Below are positions 60,058 through 64,000 of a stretch of DNA of 64,000 bases, in pieces. A program made the translations under genes and the position numbers. Under the pieces are notes generated by a model. It ran no database searches, had not been told where the DNA came from, and was given only the letters and a program-made list of their open reading frames with translations. The stretch is from a virus. How positions within the stretch are numbered: position 1 is the first letter of the stretch; the number at the start of each line of letters is the position of its first letter. Where the stretch lies: the IMG/VR virus record IMGVR_UViG_3300026484_000002, positions 27,282 to 91,281 of that record, one strand, 5' to 3'.

Positions 60058-61203
60058 TTATTCTCCTTGTTCTTGAATATTATTAACTTGATTTTCATCC
60101 ATCATTAATCCATTAAATTCCATTTGAAATGAATATTTTCTATCTGTAGGTAATTTACTTTCACCATTAAAACTTCCCTTAGCTACAATTCTATTTTTTT
60201 CATCTAAATCATTTTCTTCAGCTAAGAATTCTAAGAATTTAATTGCCATATGCAATTGATTCATAAAAAATTGACTTAATTGAATAATTCCATAAGATTC
60301 TACTTGAAGATCTGAATCTTGAGTTGGATTTAAAATTAAAGAAAAATCATTTCCTCCATGAGTTGCTGATAAAAATCTAAGATTATTATCAACTAGCATT
60401 TCTCTTGTTTCAATATTAGGAGCACCATAAAAAATATGTTTATTTTTTATATGTTCAACTTCAATTTTAGGTTGTGCATATTCATCTCTTATTGTATATC
60501 CATAATTATCATATTTTCTTTTTATATTTATTTGTTTGAAATATTCTTGATCCATATAAATATTAAATTTACTTAAATAAAAACTATTAATATTTATTTT
60601 ATTTCTTGATAGATATTTTAATTCATTTTTAATTCCATTAATTTTATATGCATGATTTCTTGATATAATTTTATTCATATCTTTTGGAATTCTTAATAAA
60701 TTTGAAATATCATATTGTTCTTTTTCAAATATATTGATATTTTTAAATAAATTAATAGTGTTTGTCATTTTTGCTATTTCTGATAACCAAATTACTGTAT
60801 TTGCTACAGAACCACCTGCACCTACAAATGTAATATCCCATTCTTTTCTTTTTACATTTGTCATTAATGCTTTTAGATCTTTTTTTGAATATCCTAATAT
60901 TCTACATAATTGTTCAATTTCCATTTGTTTAACACCAAACATATTTGCAAACATTGGGTGAATTGCTACTGATGTTTTTGGCAAATTAGCAATATCATTT
61001 ATATAAACATCGTTCATTTTTCCTGCAACTAATATTCTAGGTACGAATGAATCAATAACTACATTTGATTTACCATTTGATGGTCTATCAAACATTGCAT
61101 ATCTGGTTCTAATCTGATCCGCTAAATATTTATTTACAAAATTAACTTTTTTATTTCTAACATTTGACCAAATTACTTCTTTTTCTGTATTTTCTGTTTC
61201 CAT
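60058..61203 (-). CDS. E1/ThiF-family adenylating enzyme
   Basis: ITFVGAGGS, FEKEQYDISNLLR..K, GAPNIETR match GxGG / DxDxxxxSNLxR / DNxxxR. Confidence 0.78.
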   Translation of the reverse strand: METENTEKEVIWSNVRNKKVNFVNKYLADQIRTRYAMFDRPSNGKSNVVIDSFVPRILVAGKMNDVYINDIANLPKTSVAIHPMFANMFGVKQMEIEQLCRILGYSKKDLKALMTNVKRKEWDITFVGAGGSVANTVIWLSEIAKMTNTINLFKNINIFEKEQYDISNLLRIPKDMNKIISRNHAYKINGIKNELKYLSRNKININSFYLSKFNIYMDQEYFKQINIKRKYDNYGYTIRDEYAQPKIEVEHIKNKHIFYGAPNIETREMLVDNNLRFLSATHGGNDFSLILNPTQDSDLQVESYGIIQLSQFFMNQLHMAIKFLEFLAEENDLDEKNRIVAKGSFNGESKLPTDRKYSFQMEFNGLMMDENQVNNIQEQGE

Positions 61204-61229
61204 TATATTTTCCTATTTTATTAACTTAT

Positions 61230-61257
61230 TAGATCCAACCTTTTTAGATTGGATCTA
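61230..61257 (-). promoter_or_regulatory. RNA hairpin between peptide gene and E1
   Basis: Minus strand UAGAUCCAAUCU-AAAA-AGGUUGGAUCUA, 12-bp stem with one G-U, no U tract. Confidence 0.7.
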
Positions 61258-61261
61258 TAAA

Positions 61262-61387
61262 CTAACTTCCTGATTGTGAAGTTGTTTTTAATGATGCACT
61301 ATCACTAATGCTAACTGAACTATTTGTAGTAGTATCTTTACCTGCAATTTTTGCTGCAATTTTTTGAGCTAATGTTTCTTCTGCCAT
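61262..61387 (-). CDS. 41-aa peptide, candidate modifier/precursor (not in ORF track)
   Basis: MAEETLAQKIAAKIAGKDTTTNSSVSISDSASLKTTSQSGS; AAGGAG SD. Confidence 0.75.
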   Translation of the reverse strand: MAEETLAQKIAAKIAGKDTTTNSSVSISDSASLKTTSQSGS

Positions 61388-61390
61388 ATT

Positions 61391-61921
61391 TTACTCCTTA
61401 ACAATTGATGGTTTAACTAATAATGTTTTAATGATATCTGTATCAATACCTGTTAATTTTACAAGTTCCATCATAATTTTCTTATTAGATGCTAATGAAA
61501 TATAATCAATTGAAGGATGTTCAATTTTATATCCAAAGACTCCATTTCTAATTACTTGAGTTAATACATAAACCCCTACTGTAACAAGTTGTTCTTTTCG
61601 TTTATTGGACATAGTGAGTTTTTGCCACCAAGATAATCTTGATAAGATTACATTTTCTACTAATGTTTCAATATTTTGAAGCAGAATTTCTCCTGTTACA
61701 ATTTTTCCGTTAAGTTTTGTTTCTTCTGAAACTCTATCGATTGTTTTTTGCATTTCATTTTCCTTTGTGTTTTGTTTTGTATATCTTACATATTCATTAA
61801 TCGCTTCTTCTGCGACACTTGTTGCGTATGCTTCTGCATCTTCTTTAAATACTATTTGAACATCATCTTCAATTTCGTATTCATTTAAATCATCTACATA
61901 TAATGTATTTAAAATAGCCAT
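61391..61921 (-). CDS. hypothetical protein
   Basis: 176 aa, AAGGAG SD. Confidence 0.6.
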   Translation of the reverse strand: MAILNTLYVDDLNEYEIEDDVQIVFKEDAEAYATSVAEEAINEYVRYTKQNTKENEMQKTIDRVSEETKLNGKIVTGEILLQNIETLVENVILSRLSWWQKLTMSNKRKEQLVTVGVYVLTQVIRNGVFGYKIEHPSIDYISLASNKKIMMELVKLTGIDTDIIKTLLVKPSIVKE

Positions 61922-62066
61922 ATATGTCTCCTTTTTATTTGTTCTTGATCAAGAGCAATTAAATATTACGAAAAAAGATATATAAAATATATCTACTTTT
62001 TTAGCTGAAAAATCTAATTCGTAATATTTTATTAAGTCTTTTAACGTGGATACTTAGCACGTAATT

Positions 62067-62351
62067 TTAATATCTTGCTTCTTTAATCAATTTTGCATAA
62101 TTTTCTAAATCAATTATGCTATCTTTATCTTCTGATGTTTCTTTTCTTAGTATTTTTAGAACCAAGAAGAAGTTATCAATATCTTCAATATCTAATTCAT
62201 CTTTTTTTTCATTTAGTTGAGTTCGCCTTCTTCTATTTCTTAACATATTCATTATATGAAGCATTTCTAATGTAAATATATTATAAGAACCATATTGATT
62301 GGATCTATCTTTTAATATTTCTTCTGCTTCACTTAATTGTTCTTCATTCAT
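62067..62351 (-). CDS. DUF6378-like protein
   Basis: DRSNQYG..KILR..DSIIDLENYAKL pattern. Confidence 0.6.
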   Translation of the reverse strand: MNEEQLSEAEEILKDRSNQYGSYNIFTLEMLHIMNMLRNRRRRTQLNEKKDELDIEDIDNFFLVLKILRKETSEDKDSIIDLENYAKLIKEARY

Positions 62352-62519
62352 TTTAAATATCCTTTACAATTTTGTTTTGGTGTTAAATTAGGTGTAAACA
62401 CTGTCATGGTGATAGGTTTATTTAATTTTTTATTTAGTAATAATTTAAAATTTCTTTTACAATCATTACATATATCTAATTGGTTCCGTTGCCCACAATA
62501 TGAAATATCTAAATTCATT

Positions 62520-62768
62520 TTATTCTTTTTCAAATTCATCAGCATAAAATCTGCTACAAACTCCACACTCTTCAGGATAATTTTCATTTGCTTTTGGCTC
62601 ATGGATACACCCATTGCAAATTTTTTCTTTTTCAAAATCATCATAAATCTTGTTTATTAAAAATTCTACTTCTGGAGTAGTTACAATGTTCTCTACTAAA
62701 CCATTCCTACTTGCATCTGTACTTGCAATTATTTTAGTTTTTACAGTTAATGCTTCTTTTCTAGTCAT
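62520..62768 (-). CDS. small Cys-rich hypothetical protein
   Basis: AAGGAG SD; CNGC..CGVC. Confidence 0.55.
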   Translation of the reverse strand: MTRKEALTVKTKIIASTDASRNGLVENIVTTPEVEFLINKIYDDFEKEKICNGCIHEPKANENYPEECGVCSRFYADEFEKE

Positions 62769-62998
62769 CTAACAGCTCCTTATTTTCGTAAAAATTTCCG
62801 ATTATTTTTATCTCAAATTTTAAATTTTATATCTTCCATTATTACATTGTTTCTTTTTCAATTTTATATTTACTAAGTAAATTAAGTAATTCAGGTTTTA
62901 ATATTAATTCTTGGGGAGTATTTGTATTTGCTAATATTTGTAATCTATTTTTTATGTCTGTTTCAATTTCATTTAATATTGTTTCATATAGTTCTAAA

Positions 62999-63271
62999 TT
63001 ATTCATGTGTAAGATCCTCTTTTAATTTAAATAAAATACTTAATGTATATTTTCTATTTTTTTTATATTTCATATTTTTTGGATCCAAAGGTTTCATAAA
63101 ATAAGTAATAGCATCATCTAGATTAAAATATCTTACTTGATGAAAAGAAGATCCATTTCTTTGTAGTTTGTAATTAATTGATTTTGCTAATCCATTACAA
63201 ATTGAATTTGCTTTTTTTTCATTTGTTATTTGTTGCAAGTCTGTTTTACAGAATTCTATTTTATTGTTCAT
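62999..63271 (-). CDS. hypothetical protein
   Basis: 90 aa following thyX. Confidence 0.5.
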   Translation of the reverse strand: MNNKIEFCKTDLQQITNEKKANSICNGLAKSINYKLQRNGSSFHQVRYFNLDDAITYFMKPLDPKNMKYKKNRKYTLSILFKLKEDLTHE

Positions 63272-63274
63272 TAT

Positions 63275-63865
63275 TTATTCTTTAGTTAAATTATCATATA
63301 GTTTTTCTGTAAATACTTGTGGATATAGTTGAGCAAACTTACTATATAAATCTTTTGCTAATTCCCTAATTTCATATTGAGCATGAGATGTTAATCTTAG
63401 TTTAAAAAAATCCATCCATGCTTGTAAGTTACCTGAAACTCTCATATTAGTTGAAGTATTCATAGGGAGAACTGCTCTAGCATCTTCTTTTTTTACTTTA
63501 TTATTGATTAGTTCTTCATATGTTTTAATAGCTTGATCCCAAGATTCTTTCATTAACTCTTGTTGATTTGGATCCAATCCTTCAGGCATAATAAATTGCA
63601 TTTTATTTGCAGATACATATCTCATAGATTGAACTAAGAAATCTAAATGTTTGGATCTAACTACTTGATCTGAACATGCTCTTGATATGTTTTTAATATC
63701 TACTACTACAAATGCAAATCTAAGTACTGCAAGATGTCCATATCCATGAACCAATTGATTGGTAATATCTTTACCTCCATCTTCAATAAGTTTGCTTGCA
63801 TAACAAATTTTTGCACTTTCTCCAATTATATTTTCTGGTGTATAAGTAATAATTTTAGTTTTCAT
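63275..63865 (-). CDS. thyX: flavin-dependent thymidylate synthase (variant motif)
   Basis: SRACSDQVVRSKHLDFLVQSMRY, KEDARAVLP, LRLTSHAQYEIR. Confidence 0.85.
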   Translation of the reverse strand: MKTKIITYTPENIIGESAKICYASKLIEDGGKDITNQLVHGYGHLAVLRFAFVVVDIKNISRACSDQVVRSKHLDFLVQSMRYVSANKMQFIMPEGLDPNQQELMKESWDQAIKTYEELINNKVKKEDARAVLPMNTSTNMRVSGNLQAWMDFFKLRLTSHAQYEIRELAKDLYSKFAQLYPQVFTEKLYDNLTKE

Positions 63866-64000
63866 TTTGTTTATCCTTTTTTAATAAGTTGTGAATAATA
63901 AATTCACCTGTATCTTTATTATATTCAGCACATTGTTCTTTAATAAGTAATGTATTCATATTCTTTTTATCATATGTCATTGCTATAACTGAATATACAC

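Noticed and set aside
62348-62644. 98-aa ORF overlapping the 82-aa ORF
   Set aside because: More likely a shorter gene starting near 62519 after the upstream stop; overlap not supported by an SD

Overview
AT-rich genome segment of an N4-like (Schitoviridae-related) podophage, probably infecting a Campylobacterota host (inferred from the ThyX type and promoter/SD style). The + strand (1-30090) is the late block in N4 order: endolysin end, portal, gp58/gp57-like, major capsid, gp55/gp54-like, tail fibre, gp53/52/51-like and a virion RNA polymerase split into three genes. The - strand (30102-64000) carries a tRNA(CAT), nrdAB, helicases, RusA, an SSB interrupted by a group I intron, an AAA ATPase, a primase with a mini-intein, ParB/Rep-like genes, an RNA ligase, two thyX genes and an atypical accessory island. 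Strongest candidates for new biology: (1) an operon encoding a 41-aa peptide, E1/ThiF, E2, JAB and an MBL hydrolase, i.e. a phage ubiquitin-like conjugation system with a tag too short for a beta-grasp fold; (2) a three-piece vRNAP in which 4 of 5 cysteines sit at the junction termini, suggesting disulfide concatenation; (3) a highly iterated palindrome TGGATCCA; (4) a helicase gene needing a 5-nt hop over GGA-UAG. All family calls are motif recognition by eye; no searches were run.
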